From assembly GCA_964427405.1 (NCBI GenBank), contig CAYRUB010000002.1, forward strand, positions 68,741 to 132,740: 64,000 nucleotides of DNA, given 5' to 3'. How positions within the stretch are numbered: the first letter of the stretch is position 1; every line of letters starts with the position of its first letter. The notes under the pieces were generated by a model that worked only from the letters and a program-made list of their open reading frames with translations, was not told the origin of the DNA and did not search any database. The position numbers were made by a program, and so were the translations under genes. Of the stretch, positions 21,140 through 30,480 are shown one piece after another. Source of the stretch: an uncultured Planctomycetales bacterium. GTDB taxonomy: Bacteria > Omnitrophota > Gorgyraeia > Gygaellales > Profunditerraquicolaceae.

Positions 21140-22278
21140 ATTATTGTCCTTTCCTTTAGCCTGTGTAATAGCTTGCCAACCGAATTGACCATATAATCTA
21201 ACTCTTTCTTTGTCAGCCCGGGATACATAGGTAAGGTTACAATGGAATCAGCCACGCGTTCAGTCACCGGTAAATCATGGATCAGGTATTTGTATCTTTC
21301 CGCATAGTATTTTTGTAAATGCACGGGGGGAGTAAAATGCACTGAGGCCATAATTCCTTTTTTCCTCAAACCCAGAACAAAATCCCTCCTTACGACTTTT
21401 TTAACTTTGATGGTGTACATCTGGTAGACATGCCGGCACTCTTTTAACTCTACGGGAAGATCTATTTCATCAAAGCTTAATTTTTTATTCAAGTAGGCAG
21501 CATGTTCTCTGCGTCGTGCATTCATGGCATCAAGTTTTTTCAATTGTTCAACGCCAATGGCCGCTAAAATACTGCTCATCCTGAAATTGTACCCGGCGTA
21601 ACTGGCTTCTCTGAACCATGGTTCTTGTGAATGTTGGCGTTCATACGTGCTTTTTTTAATGCCGTGGCCGGCCAGGACCTTTACTTTATCGGCGAGTTTA
21701 TGATTATTCGTAGTAAGCATCCCGCCTTCACCGGTAGTGATATTTTTTGTGGGGTAAAATGAAAAACATCCCGTAGAAAAGCTGCCGGTTTTTTGTTTCT
21801 TGTAAGTTCCGCCAATGGTCTCAGCGGAATCTTCAATGATCTTTAAGTTATGCCGGCCGGCAAGTTTAGTAATTTTATCCATAGGGCATGCCTGTCCTGC
21901 GTAGTGCACGACCATTATTGCCTGGGTGCGGGGAGTAATCTTGCGTGCGATGTCAATGGGATCAATATTGCAGGTGCCGTATTCTATATCTGCAAACACC
22001 GGTGTCGCCCCGGCTCTTACTACAGCGTTTGCGGAGGCAACAAAGGTAAAACTGGGCAGAATCACCTCGCCCGTGATTTCCGAAGCTTCTATTGCCAGTT
22101 GCAGCGCCGCGGTGCAGGAATTCAAAGTCAGGGCTCTTTTTACTCCGATATATTTTGCAAATGCTTCTTCAAATTCTGTGTTCATCGGGCCGTCAGTAAG
22201 CCACCCCGATTTTAACACCTTCTCAATTGCCCGGGATTCCTTTGAATTAAAATTATTTTTGCAAAGCCGGATTTTCAT
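21136..22278 (-). CDS. DegT/DnrJ/EryC1/StrS-family sugar aminotransferase
   Basis: 380 aa. SFYPTKNITTGEGG contains the PLP-binding Lys. 4-nt overlaps with both neighbours. Confidence 0.85.
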   Translation of the reverse strand: MKIRLCKNNFNSKESRAIEKVLKSGWLTDGPMNTEFEEAFAKYIGVKRALTLNSCTAALQLAIEASEITGEVILPSFTFVASANAVVRAGATPVFADIEYGTCNIDPIDIARKITPRTQAIMVVHYAGQACPMDKITKLAGRHNLKIIEDSAETIGGTYKKQKTGSFSTGCFSFYPTKNITTGEGGMLTTNNHKLADKVKVLAGHGIKKSTYERQHSQEPWFREASYAGYNFRMSSILAAIGVEQLKKLDAMNARRREHAAYLNKKLSFDEIDLPVELKECRHVYQMYTIKVKKVVRRDFVLGLRKKGIMASVHFTPPVHLQKYYAERYKYLIHDLPVTERVADSIVTLPMYPGLTKKELDYMVNSVGKLLHRLKERTII

Positions 22279-23267
22279 TCTGTGCCGGGCTCATTCTTGT
22301 TAAAACCGTTTTCCAGGATAAAATCAATATACTCGTTAATCCCTCTTTCAATATCATAAACTGGTTCATACCCCAGGATTTTCTTAGCCTTTGTGTTATC
22401 CAGGGCGCCTCTTTTTGGCCTGCGTTCATCCGAAGGCTTTATTTGAATACTTAGCCCGGGGATCCTTTTTTTAATAGCTTCTGCGAATTCTTTGACGCTT
22501 CTGCCTTCTCCTCTGGTTATATTAAATGTTTCATTCTTGGCGTTATCGGAAAGGGCGGCTAGCACAAACCCATGGGCGGTGTCTTTGACATAGGTAAAAT
22601 CAATTCTTTCCTGGCCGCCATCGTGTAAGGTAAGCGGCTTTCCGGAAAGGGCGGCATTGATAAGGATTTGCGTTACCCTGCGGTTTGCATCGGTGGGGCC
22701 GTACACCGCGGAAGGCCTGATAATAGTGTAATCCATGCCGAACTTTTTGCCAAAAGCAGCGGTGAGAATTTCTCCTGAAAGTTTTGTTCCTCCGTAAATA
22801 TCAATAGGGCGGCTGGGGTGATTTTCGTCCGCGGGCTCATAATCAAAATCGCCGTAAATAAAACTGGATGAAGTGAAAATAAACCTTTTGACTGAAGTCG
22901 CCTGTCTCAAGCATTCAAGAATAGTCACTGTACCGTTGAGGTTAATTTGGATTGCTTCTTCAGAAAACTGATTTGATGCTTTGTGAATGGGGATGGCAGC
23001 CAGATGGATGACCAGGTCAGGCGCGGTTTCCTTAAGGGCCTTAGCCAGGCATCCCCTGTTGCGTATATCGCCTCGTATCAGACAGGTTTTATTCTTTAAG
23101 TCATTTAAACGGTATCTTAGGTATGTCGCATATGAACTTTCCAGCGGCGGGATGTAATTTAAGAAGGCGTCGTATAAAATGACTTCAACATTATGCTCAA
23201 GGAGTTCCTTGGTGATGTGATACCCCAGGAAGCCGGCTCCGCCAGTGATCAGAATTTTTTTTGTCAT
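22275..23267 (-). CDS. NAD-dependent nucleotide-sugar epimerase/dehydratase (extended SDR)
   Basis: ILITGGAGFLGYH (GxxGxxG) and YGGTKLSGE (YxxxK). First gene of the operon. Confidence 0.85.
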   Translation of the reverse strand: MTKKILITGGAGFLGYHITKELLEHNVEVILYDAFLNYIPPLESSYATYLRYRLNDLKNKTCLIRGDIRNRGCLAKALKETAPDLVIHLAAIPIHKASNQFSEEAIQINLNGTVTILECLRQATSVKRFIFTSSSFIYGDFDYEPADENHPSRPIDIYGGTKLSGEILTAAFGKKFGMDYTIIRPSAVYGPTDANRRVTQILINAALSGKPLTLHDGGQERIDFTYVKDTAHGFVLAALSDNAKNETFNITRGEGRSVKEFAEAIKKRIPGLSIQIKPSDERRPKRGALDNTKAKKILGYEPVYDIERGINEYIDFILENGFNKNEPGTE

Positions 23268-23311
23268 TATGTTTGTGGTTCCGAGTATTAGTTTAGACGG
23301 ATATTGTTTTT

Positions 23312-23340
23312 ATTATATTATAAATAAATAGCGTATGCAA
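23312..23340 (-). promoter_or_regulatory. Sigma70-type promoter for the minus-strand sugar operon
   Basis: On the minus strand: TTGCAT (23340-23335), 17-nt spacer, TATAAT (23317-23312), ~45 nt upstream of the 23267 start. Confidence 0.5.
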
Positions 23341-23405
23341 AGCATTTTAGCCCCAGATTTATTCTTGCAATTGTTTATTTATGATATAATTAAAACAAAT
23401 AAATT

Positions 23406-25247
23406 ATGATGAAAAATTTAGAAAATCGTACACTTTTTTTTATACCATTCGCCGCGTTGCTCTTGTTTTTTCTGGGAATAACCATCTATTCCAATATTTT
23501 GAAAAGCCCCTTTCAGTTTGATGATATTGGGTTTATCGTTGAGAATCGCAGCATAAGGGATATTTCAAATCTGCCTTTAATCTGGAAATTCCTGCCTACC
23601 CGTTTCATGGATTTCTTTTCCTTGGCTTTAAATTACCATTTTGCTAAATTGGATGTTTTTAGCTATCACCTATTTAATTTATTCTTACACCTTGCGGTAT
23701 CAACGCTGGTTTTTTGGTTTGTGCGGCTTATTTTTTCTACTCCAATTATGAAAGAAGAGCGGCTGGCGCGGTTCAAAGGAGAGATCGCCTTATTTATCAG
23801 CCTCATATTTTTAGTTCACCCCATTCAAACAGAATCAGTGACTTATATACATCAACGTTCAACCTGCCTTGCCGGGCTGTTTTATTTATCTTCTCTTTGT
23901 TTATATGTAACTGCCAGATTATGGGGGATAGGCGGGAAGTTGCGCATCCAAAGGCGCATTTTATATATCTTAGCTTATATAGTTGCCCTAGCTGGCATGT
24001 TTACCCGGGAGAATACGATTACCTTACCCTTAGCCATACTTTTATTTGAATTTTATTTTTTTAGGACAGACAAACAAATAAAATGGCAACCGGCGGCCCC
24101 TTTTTTAATCACCTTGCCCATTATCCCGGTTACCATGTTTTTGTCTAAACCCATCACTTTATTGCATATCCAGAAATTGGCCGATGCTCCTATAAAAGGC
24201 TGGTATTATTTCTTAACACAACTAAATGTAAAAATTACCTACTTAAGGTTATTCTTTTATCCTCTAAAACAAAATTTTGATTATGACTATCCAGTATCCA
24301 GGAGCCTGTTTGAGTTACCGACTTTAATCAGCCTGATCGCGTTAATACTGGTTTTGGTTATCGCTGTAAAAATATTCCGCAGATACAAAATATTATCTTT
24401 TGCCATCTTTTGGTTTTTTCTGACATTATTACCGGAGTCGAGTTTTATTCCCCAGCCTGATGTTATATTTGAACACCGGCTTTATTTACCGTTAGTCGGC
24501 CTTTGCATTTTTTCTGTTTGTGTTATGTATTATATTTTTTCCGCAAGAAATAGAAGGCTCTTGGTTATTTTACTAGGTATAATTGTGATATTTTCTTCTG
24601 TTTTAACATTTAAGAGAAATATCATCTGGAGGGATGAAATCTCTTTATGGAATGACACAATCAGTAAGTCTCCCGATAAAGCACGCCCCTATAATGAACG
24701 CGGTAATGCTTATGCTGCCAAGGGCAATTATGCCCAAGCTATCGCGGATTTTAATAAGGCCATTGAAATTGATTCAAAGATGCATTTTAGCGTTAAGAAC
24801 CCCCTGCATTCATATCCTATCAGCGCCAGGATCTATTATAATCGCGCAAATGTATATCAAAAGATGGGCAATCCCGGACAGGCTTTATCCGACTATAACC
24901 GCTCTATTGAAATAAATAGTATTAATCCCAGGGCGTATAATAACCGGGCAACTATTTATGCGATGAAAAATGAGTATGATCAAGCTGTTCTTGATCTCGG
25001 CCAGGCGATAAAAAGTGATCCCAACTTTATTTTGGCATATTCCAACCGGGCAGCGCTATATATGGAGAGGCATAAATACCCGGAAGCAATCTCTGATTTT
25101 TCTAAGGCCGTACAAATTGACCCTAATTTTACCGAGGCATATTATGGCAGGGCAGTTGCTTATCTGAATATGGATAATCTTCAGCAGGCAAGCCTGGATT
25201 TTGAAAAAGTCAAGCGGCTCGAGTCTAGCGCGGGGGTAAAAAGATAG
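23406..25247 (+). CDS. GT-C-fold membrane glycosyltransferase with C-terminal TPR array (TMTC/PMT-like)
   Basis: 613 aa. After TM1 comes [16 protein letters not shown], the acidic first-loop motif of PMT/TMTC-type GT-C enzymes. About 11 TM helices, then at least five TPR units (YNERGNAY..., YNNRATIY..., YSNRAALY...). Confidence 0.65.
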   Translation: MMKNLENRTLFFIPFAALLLFFLGITIYSNILKSPFQFDDIGFIVENRSIRDISNLPLIWKFLPTRFMDFFSLALNYHFAKLDVFSYHLFNLFLHLAVSTLVFWFVRLIFSTPIMKEERLARFKGEIALFISLIFLVHPIQTESVTYIHQRSTCLAGLFYLSSLCLYVTARLWGIGGKLRIQRRILYILAYIVALAGMFTRENTITLPLAILLFEFYFFRTDKQIKWQPAAPFLITLPIIPVTMFLSKPITLLHIQKLADAPIKGWYYFLTQLNVKITYLRLFFYPLKQNFDYDYPVSRSLFELPTLISLIALILVLVIAVKIFRRYKILSFAIFWFFLTLLPESSFIPQPDVIFEHRLYLPLVGLCIFSVCVMYYIFSARNRRLLVILLGIIVIFSSVLTFKRNIIWRDEISLWNDTISKSPDKARPYNERGNAYAAKGNYAQAIADFNKAIEIDSKMHFSVKNPLHSYPISARIYYNRANVYQKMGNPGQALSDYNRSIEINSINPRAYNNRATIYAMKNEYDQAVLDLGQAIKSDPNFILAYSNRAALYMERHKYPEAISDFSKAVQIDPNFTEAYYGRAVAYLNMDNLQQASLDFEKVKRLESSAGVKR

Positions 25248-25267
25248 AGTTAGGCAAATATTTTTTC

Positions 25268-25296
25268 TTTACAAGGTGTCAGAATATAGATATAAT
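25268..25296 (+). promoter_or_regulatory. Sigma70-type promoter for hisG
   Basis: TTTACA (25268-73), 17-nt spacer, TATAAT (25291-96). It lies inside the tracked N-terminal extension, which supports the 25339 start. Confidence 0.5.
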
Positions 25297-25338
25297 AACT
25301 TTCTTAACAGCGGCTTTTTAAGAAAAGGGAAATTTATT

Positions 25339-26223
25339 ATGAAAAACAAAGTATTAAAATTCGGTTTACCTAAAGGCAGCCTCCAGGAGTCTACCTTTAA
25401 GATGCTTAAAAAGGCCGGTTTTAACGTTAATTTGCCCAGTTCGCGTTCATATTTTCCGTCGGTTGATGATTCGGAGATCCAGGCGGTTTTATTGCGCGCC
25501 CAAGAAATGTCACGTTATGTCCAGGATGGCGCGCTTGACTGCGGAATTACCGGTAATGACTGGATCCTGGAGAATAAATCTGACGTGGTTAGGGTTACGG
25601 ATTTAACTTATGCCAAACAGGGTTTGAATAAAGTAAGATGGGTTTTGGCGGTTCCGGAGGGCTCCGGGATTAAGAGCGTAAAGGATTTAAATGGTAAGCG
25701 TGTGGCTACGGAGTTGGTAAATGTAACCAAGGATTATTTTAAGAAAAATAAAGTTAATGTAGAAGTAGAATTCAGTTGGGGGGCAACGGAGGTTAAAGTC
25801 AGCGGCGGACTGGTTGATGCGATAGTTGAACTGACTGAGACAGGCAGTTCCTTGCGGGCGAATAAATTAATTGAGATTGCCACTCTTTGTGAGTCTACTA
25901 CCCAGCTAATCGCCAATAAAAATGCTTATAAGGACAGCTGGAAGAGGGCTAAGATGGAGCAGATTGCCTTGCTTCTACAGGGGGCAATTGCCGCAGAAGA
26001 AAAAGTCGGCTTAAAGATGAACGTAAGAAAAGAAAATCTTAAGGCAGTTATCGTTAAGCTTCCGGCATTAAAGAAGCCCACTATCTCCGGTTTGAGTGAT
26101 GATGGCTGGTTTGCCATCGAGACAATTATTGACGAGAAAGTTGTCAGGGTGCTTATTCCTGTTTTAAAGCAAGCTGGCGCTCAAGGGATTATTGAATATC
26201 CACTGAATAAGGTTATTTTATAA
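25339..26223 (+). CDS. hisG: ATP phosphoribosyltransferase, long form
   Basis: Start at ATG 25339 ([17 protein letters not shown]) with SD AAAGGGA upstream. [12 protein letters not shown] and a C-terminal regulatory-domain-length tail. Confidence 0.9.
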   Translation: MKNKVLKFGLPKGSLQESTFKMLKKAGFNVNLPSSRSYFPSVDDSEIQAVLLRAQEMSRYVQDGALDCGITGNDWILENKSDVVRVTDLTYAKQGLNKVRWVLAVPEGSGIKSVKDLNGKRVATELVNVTKDYFKKNKVNVEVEFSWGATEVKVSGGLVDAIVELTETGSSLRANKLIEIATLCESTTQLIANKNAYKDSWKRAKMEQIALLLQGAIAAEEKVGLKMNVRKENLKAVIVKLPALKKPTISGLSDDGWFAIETIIDEKVVRVLIPVLKQAGAQGIIEYPLNKVIL

Positions 26224-26240
26224 GTAAGGGAGAGGTTATC

Positions 26241-26351
26241 ATGCCTTGTGGAAAGAAAAGAAAAAGACAGAAGATTAAAACCCATAAGCGTAAGAAGATG
26301 CGTCGTCGTCTTCGTCACTTGAAGAAAAGAGCTTGGGGTGGTAAGGGTTAA
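26241..26351 (+). CDS. 36-aa highly basic peptide resembling ribosomal protein bS22 (mS38/AURKAIP1-type); absent from the ORF track
   Basis: ATG 26241 is preceded by the SD AAGGGAGAGG. Product MPCGKKRKRQKIKTHKRKKMRRRLRHLKKRAWGGKG, with TAA at 26349-51. It resembles the KKRRKRMxKKKHRK-type bS22 peptides of mycobacteria and Bacteroidota as I remember them. Confidence 0.6.
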   Translation: MPCGKKRKRQKIKTHKRKKMRRRLRHLKKRAWGGKG

Positions 26352-27366
26352 GTTTTTTCTTCTAGGGCTTCTGGATAATTTTAGAAGGGTATTCTTGAAG
26401 TTACGATATCTTAACAGCGTAGTCTGCCTTTGCCTTTTATTGGCCTTGTTCGCTCCAACTGCCCGGGCCTTAGATGCGGATAGGTTAGAAAACACCCAGA
26501 GTTTAAGCCACTATATCACGGCTATTTATTGCGAAGACCTTGGTGATATAGATAAGGCTATCCAGGAATACCGTAAGGCCCTGGAGAGCGATAATCAGAG
26601 TTCTTTGTTACATTTAAATCTGGCTTCAGCTTTCATTAAAAAAAATGATATCCCTTCGGCAATACTTGAGTTAAAGCAGTCTATCAATCTTGCCCCTGAT
26701 GCCATAGAGCCGCATGCGATATTAGCGCTGGTTTACACAACTCAGAATAAAACGGATTTGGCTACGCAGGAGTATGCGTTTGCGCTTAAGAATGCCGCTA
26801 AACTTGAGCCTGAGAATATTGAGATTTACAAAAATTTAGCTGCGGTTTATTTGCAGCAGCGTAAATTAAAAGAAGCCGAGGGGATTCTTAAATTAATTAC
26901 AGGTTTGGCCCCGCTTGATGCGCAGGCACATTTTTATCTGGGCAGTGTCTATTATGACCTGAAAGATTACGCTGCTACAGAAAAAGAATTTAAGGTCGCA
27001 ATAAAATTAAAACCCGATTATCATGAAGCCTTGAATTTCCTGGGTTATTTTTACCTGGAGCAAAATAGGAATATTGATAAAGCCGGCGGATTGATTAAAA
27101 AGGCTTTAAGTTTTGATCCGGAAAATGGGGCTTATGTTGATAGCCTGGGATGGTTCTATTTCAAAAAAGGTAAGTTTAAAGAGGCGTTAAGCCATTTGGA
27201 AAAAGCAGCGTCTTTTTTAAGCGACCCGGTTATATATGAGCATCTGGGGGATGTTTTTATGAAGTTAGGCAACTGGGATAACGCAAAGCTCAATTGGGAG
27301 AAATCCCTGAAATTAGATTCTACCCAAGAACAAGTAAAAGAAAAACTGCTCCAAGTTTGCCAATAA
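26338..27366 (+). CDS. Secreted TPR-repeat protein
   Basis: Signal-like segment VVCLCLLLALFAPTARA, then repeated TPR units. The tracked GTG start overlaps the small basic ORF, so the true start is uncertain. Confidence 0.6.
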   Translation: MVRVKFFLLGLLDNFRRVFLKLRYLNSVVCLCLLLALFAPTARALDADRLENTQSLSHYITAIYCEDLGDIDKAIQEYRKALESDNQSSLLHLNLASAFIKKNDIPSAILELKQSINLAPDAIEPHAILALVYTTQNKTDLATQEYAFALKNAAKLEPENIEIYKNLAAVYLQQRKLKEAEGILKLITGLAPLDAQAHFYLGSVYYDLKDYAATEKEFKVAIKLKPDYHEALNFLGYFYLEQNRNIDKAGGLIKKALSFDPENGAYVDSLGWFYFKKGKFKEALSHLEKAASFLSDPVIYEHLGDVFMKLGNWDNAKLNWEKSLKLDSTQEQVKEKLLQVCQ

Positions 27367-28187
27367 TGGAAAACAATCAATTATCAGTAAAAGAATTAGA
27401 GGCTAAGGCCAAAGAGGCCCGGCGTCTAATTATTGAGATGCTGGCTAAGGCCGGCTCAGGGCATCCCGGAGGAAGCCTTTCTGCCGCGGATTTAGTTGTC
27501 GCATTATACTTTAATATCTTACGTTTTAATCCAAAAGATCCGCAATGGCCGGACAGGGACCGTTTTCATATGTCTAAGGGACACTGTTGTCCGCTTTGGT
27601 ATGCGGTATTAGCGCAAACAGGTTATTTTCCGAAAGAAGAATTAATGACTTTGCGGCAATTAGGCTCGAATCTTCAGGGGCATCCTGTCCGTTTGACTCC
27701 GGGTATTGAATCAGCATCCGGCTCGCTTGGCCAGGGGCTTTCTATTGGTTTGGGGATGAGCCTGGCGGCAAAAATGGATAAAAAAGATTATCGGGTTTAT
27801 GTTTTATTGGGAGACGGGGAGACGCAAGAGGGAAATATCTGGGAGGCAGCTATGGCTTGCAGCCATTTTTCCTGCGATAATATTTGCGCTATTTTAGATT
27901 TTAACGGTTGTCAGATTGACGGTAAATGCGAAGATATAATGGGAGTAGAGCCATTAGCTGCTAAATGGCAGGCATTTGGCTGGCATGTGATTGAGATTGA
28001 CGGCCATGACATGCGGCAGATTTTATCCGCTTATGAGCAGGCCAAGACAGTAAAATCCAAGCCCACAATAATTATCGGCCGCACTATAAAAGGAAAAGGG
28101 GTCTCATTTATGGAAGGCGTAATAGGCTTTCATGGTAAAGCTCCTACTAAAGAAGAAGCAGAAAAGGCTTTAAGGGAGTTGGCATAA
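27366..28187 (+). CDS. Transketolase, N-terminal (TPP-binding) subunit
   Basis: Start at ATG 27366 (MENNQLSVKEL..., TAATG overlap with the upstream stop). GSGHPGGSLS and GDGETQEG thiamine-diphosphate motifs. Confidence 0.9.
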   Translation: MENNQLSVKELEAKAKEARRLIIEMLAKAGSGHPGGSLSAADLVVALYFNILRFNPKDPQWPDRDRFHMSKGHCCPLWYAVLAQTGYFPKEELMTLRQLGSNLQGHPVRLTPGIESASGSLGQGLSIGLGMSLAAKMDKKDYRVYVLLGDGETQEGNIWEAAMACSHFSCDNICAILDFNGCQIDGKCEDIMGVEPLAAKWQAFGWHVIEIDGHDMRQILSAYEQAKTVKSKPTIIIGRTIKGKGVSFMEGVIGFHGKAPTKEEAEKALRELA

Positions 28188-29116
28188 TGGCAGAGCAGCT
28201 TTATCAAAGGGATGTTTACGGCCAGACATTAGTGAAACTTGGCGCATCAGATAAGAATATTGTGGTTTTAGACGCCGATCTTTCCAGCTCTACCCGGACG
28301 AATCTTTTTGCCAAGCAATTCCCGGACAGATTTTTTAATTTTGGCGTAGCAGAGCAGAACATGATGGCTACGGCCGCAGGATTAGCCAGCTGCGGTAAAA
28401 CGGTTTTTCTTTCTACCTTCGCCGTTTTTGCAGCAGGCCGTGCCTGGGATCAGATACGGGTTTCCATAGCTTATAATAATTTCAATGTTAAAATTGTAGC
28501 TACTCATGCCGGTATTACCGTAGGACCGGATGGCGCAAGCCACCAGGCCCTGGAGGACATTGCGTTGATGCGCGTGCTTGCCGGTATGAATATTATTGTT
28601 CCTTGCGACGGCCCTCAGACAGCAGATGCGATTATTGCCGCAGCAAATACTCCGGGACCTTTTTATATCCGCTTAGGCCGCTCAAAATTTCCTACTATTG
28701 AGAATAAAAATGAGTTTAAATTCGGTAAAGCCCAGGTGATCTCTGAAGGAGACGATCTCACTATTATCGCCTGCGGAATAATGGTTTCGGAGGCGCTCTT
28801 AGCAGTGAAAAGTTTGGCGCAAAAAGGGATTAAGGCGCGCCTGATTAATATGCATACTATTTGGCCGCTGGATAATGAAATTATTCTTAAGGCCGCTAAA
28901 GAAACTAAGTTTTTTGTTATCTGTGAAGAGCATAATGTTATCGGAGGCCTGGCTTCCAGCGTCGATGCAGTCGTTGCTGAACATTGTCCCAGGAAAGTTA
29001 TCCGTCTTGGTATTCGTAACCGCTTTGGCCAATCAGGCCAGCCGGAAGAGCTCTTAAAAGAATATAATCTTACCAGCCTGGATATAGAAAAAGCGGTTTT
29101 ATCCAATATCTCCTAA
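28187..29116 (+). CDS. Transketolase, C-terminal (pyrimidine-binding) subunit
   Basis: 309 aa. FNFGVAEQNMM and GPDGASHQALEDIA motifs. ATAATG junction with the N-terminal subunit gene. Confidence 0.9.
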   Translation: MAEQLYQRDVYGQTLVKLGASDKNIVVLDADLSSSTRTNLFAKQFPDRFFNFGVAEQNMMATAAGLASCGKTVFLSTFAVFAAGRAWDQIRVSIAYNNFNVKIVATHAGITVGPDGASHQALEDIALMRVLAGMNIIVPCDGPQTADAIIAAANTPGPFYIRLGRSKFPTIENKNEFKFGKAQVISEGDDLTIIACGIMVSEALLAVKSLAQKGIKARLINMHTIWPLDNEIILKAAKETKFFVICEEHNVIGGLASSVDAVVAEHCPRKVIRLGIRNRFGQSGQPEELLKEYNLTSLDIEKAVLSNIS

Positions 29117-29132
29117 GCTTTAGCATAAATTC

Positions 29133-30062
29133 ATGAAGCCTCGTAACGAGCCGCTGGTTATTAAATCTTTTGCTAAAATAAATCTTTATTTGCGCGTGTT
29201 AGGCAAGCGCAAAGATAATTTTCATAATCTGGATACCTTGTTTGTACGTATTGATCTGGCGGATACGATTATCCTTAAGCAGCGTAAAGATAATCTGATC
29301 AGGATTAAATGCGATAGCCGGCATGTGCCAAAGGATGAGACTAATCTTTGTTTCCGCGCCGCGGATTTATTAAGACAGGAGTTTAAGTTAAAGTACGGGC
29401 TGGAGATAGAGATTAAAAAGCGCATACCTGTCGGTGCCGGGCTTGGCGGAGGATCATCTAACGCTGCTAGTGTGCTTTTGGGGTTAAATAAATATTGGCA
29501 TTTGAATTTATCTAAAGCAAGGCTGGCTATTTTAGCAGCTAAACTGGGAAGTGATGTCGCTTTTTTTATTTATGATGTGAAATTTGCTTTAGGCAGCCAG
29601 CGGGGAGATAAAATCAAACCGCTAACTTCTTTAAAAAACACTAAATTGTGGTTTATCCTGGTTTATCCGCGGGTTAAAGTCTCCACTCCCTTGATTTACC
29701 GGAAATTCGACTTTTATCTATCCAAGCACAAGAACCCTTTGTTTTCTTTTAAAGGTATTTCCGGGTTGACAAGGCGGGCGCCTGATGTTAAAATACTTCT
29801 TCCTGAATTGCTGGAAAATGGTTGCTCTTTTGATTCAAAATGCCTTTTTAATGATTTAGAAGTTGTTACCAGTAATCTCTACCCTGTAGTTAATCGGGTA
29901 AAAAAAGCGCTTTTTGCTATGGGGTTAGAAAGGGTAATGATGTCTGGAAGCGGTCCGGCGGTATTCGCAATTTGTAATTGCCGGGCCCAGGCTCAAAATT
30001 TAAGCAATAAGTTGCGTAAAGAACATAAATCTTGGCAAGTTTTCCTAAGTTCTGCAGTTTAG
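29133..30062 (+). CDS. ispE: 4-diphosphocytidyl-2-C-methyl-D-erythritol kinase
   Basis: AKINLYLRV, the GHMP kinase motif PVGAGLGGGSSNAA, and MSGSGPAVF. Confidence 0.9.
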   Translation: MKPRNEPLVIKSFAKINLYLRVLGKRKDNFHNLDTLFVRIDLADTIILKQRKDNLIRIKCDSRHVPKDETNLCFRAADLLRQEFKLKYGLEIEIKKRIPVGAGLGGGSSNAASVLLGLNKYWHLNLSKARLAILAAKLGSDVAFFIYDVKFALGSQRGDKIKPLTSLKNTKLWFILVYPRVKVSTPLIYRKFDFYLSKHKNPLFSFKGISGLTRRAPDVKILLPELLENGCSFDSKCLFNDLEVVTSNLYPVVNRVKKALFAMGLERVMMSGSGPAVFAICNCRAQAQNLSNKLRKEHKSWQVFLSSAV

Positions 30063-30086
30063 CCACGGCAGTCAGGGAGGGAAAAT

Positions 30087-30476
30087 ATGGAGATAACGGA
30101 AGTCAGGATAGTGTTGAAGGATTCTCCGGATAAGAAGTTAAAGTCATACGCTACGGTTACTTTTGATAATGTTTTTGTGGTAAGGAATATTAAGGTTATT
30201 GAAGGCTCGACGGGGTTATTCATTGCTATGCCTTCCCGCAAGGTAAAACACCCTTGCCCGAAATGTTCTTTTAAGAATGAATTGCGCAGTAAATATTGCA
30301 ATCAGTGTGCCGCTGCTTTGCCGGTTGAGGCTGTTCCGCAACGCGTGGAAGAGGCGGCAGGCAGCCAGTCCGAGCATAAGGATATAGCCCATCCTATAAC
30401 GCAGCAGTTTAGGGAATATTTGCAAAAAAGAGTCCTTGAAGCGTACGAGCAAGAGAAGAATAGGGCTAAAGTATAA
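30087..30476 (+). CDS. spoVG: SpoVG-family protein with an inserted zinc-ribbon
   Basis: MEITEVRIVLKD...YATVTFDNVFVVRNIKVIEGSTGLFIAMPSRK and KDIAHPITQQFREYLQKRVLEAY are SpoVG core. A CPKC...CNQC segment sits between them. Confidence 0.8.
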   Translation: MEITEVRIVLKDSPDKKLKSYATVTFDNVFVVRNIKVIEGSTGLFIAMPSRKVKHPCPKCSFKNELRSKYCNQCAAALPVEAVPQRVEEAAGSQSEHKDIAHPITQQFREYLQKRVLEAYEQEKNRAKV

Positions 30477-30480
30477 ATTT

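Noticed and set aside
23365-23390. TTGCAA ... TATAAT as a promoter for the GT-C/TPR gene
   Set aside because: The spacer is only 14 nt, too short for a sigma70 promoter. The true promoter for 23406 was not identified.
27366-29116. Split transketolase as a novelty or pseudogenisation
   Set aside because: Two-subunit transketolases with an ATAATG junction are a well-known arrangement in many anaerobes and archaea. Both halves are intact.
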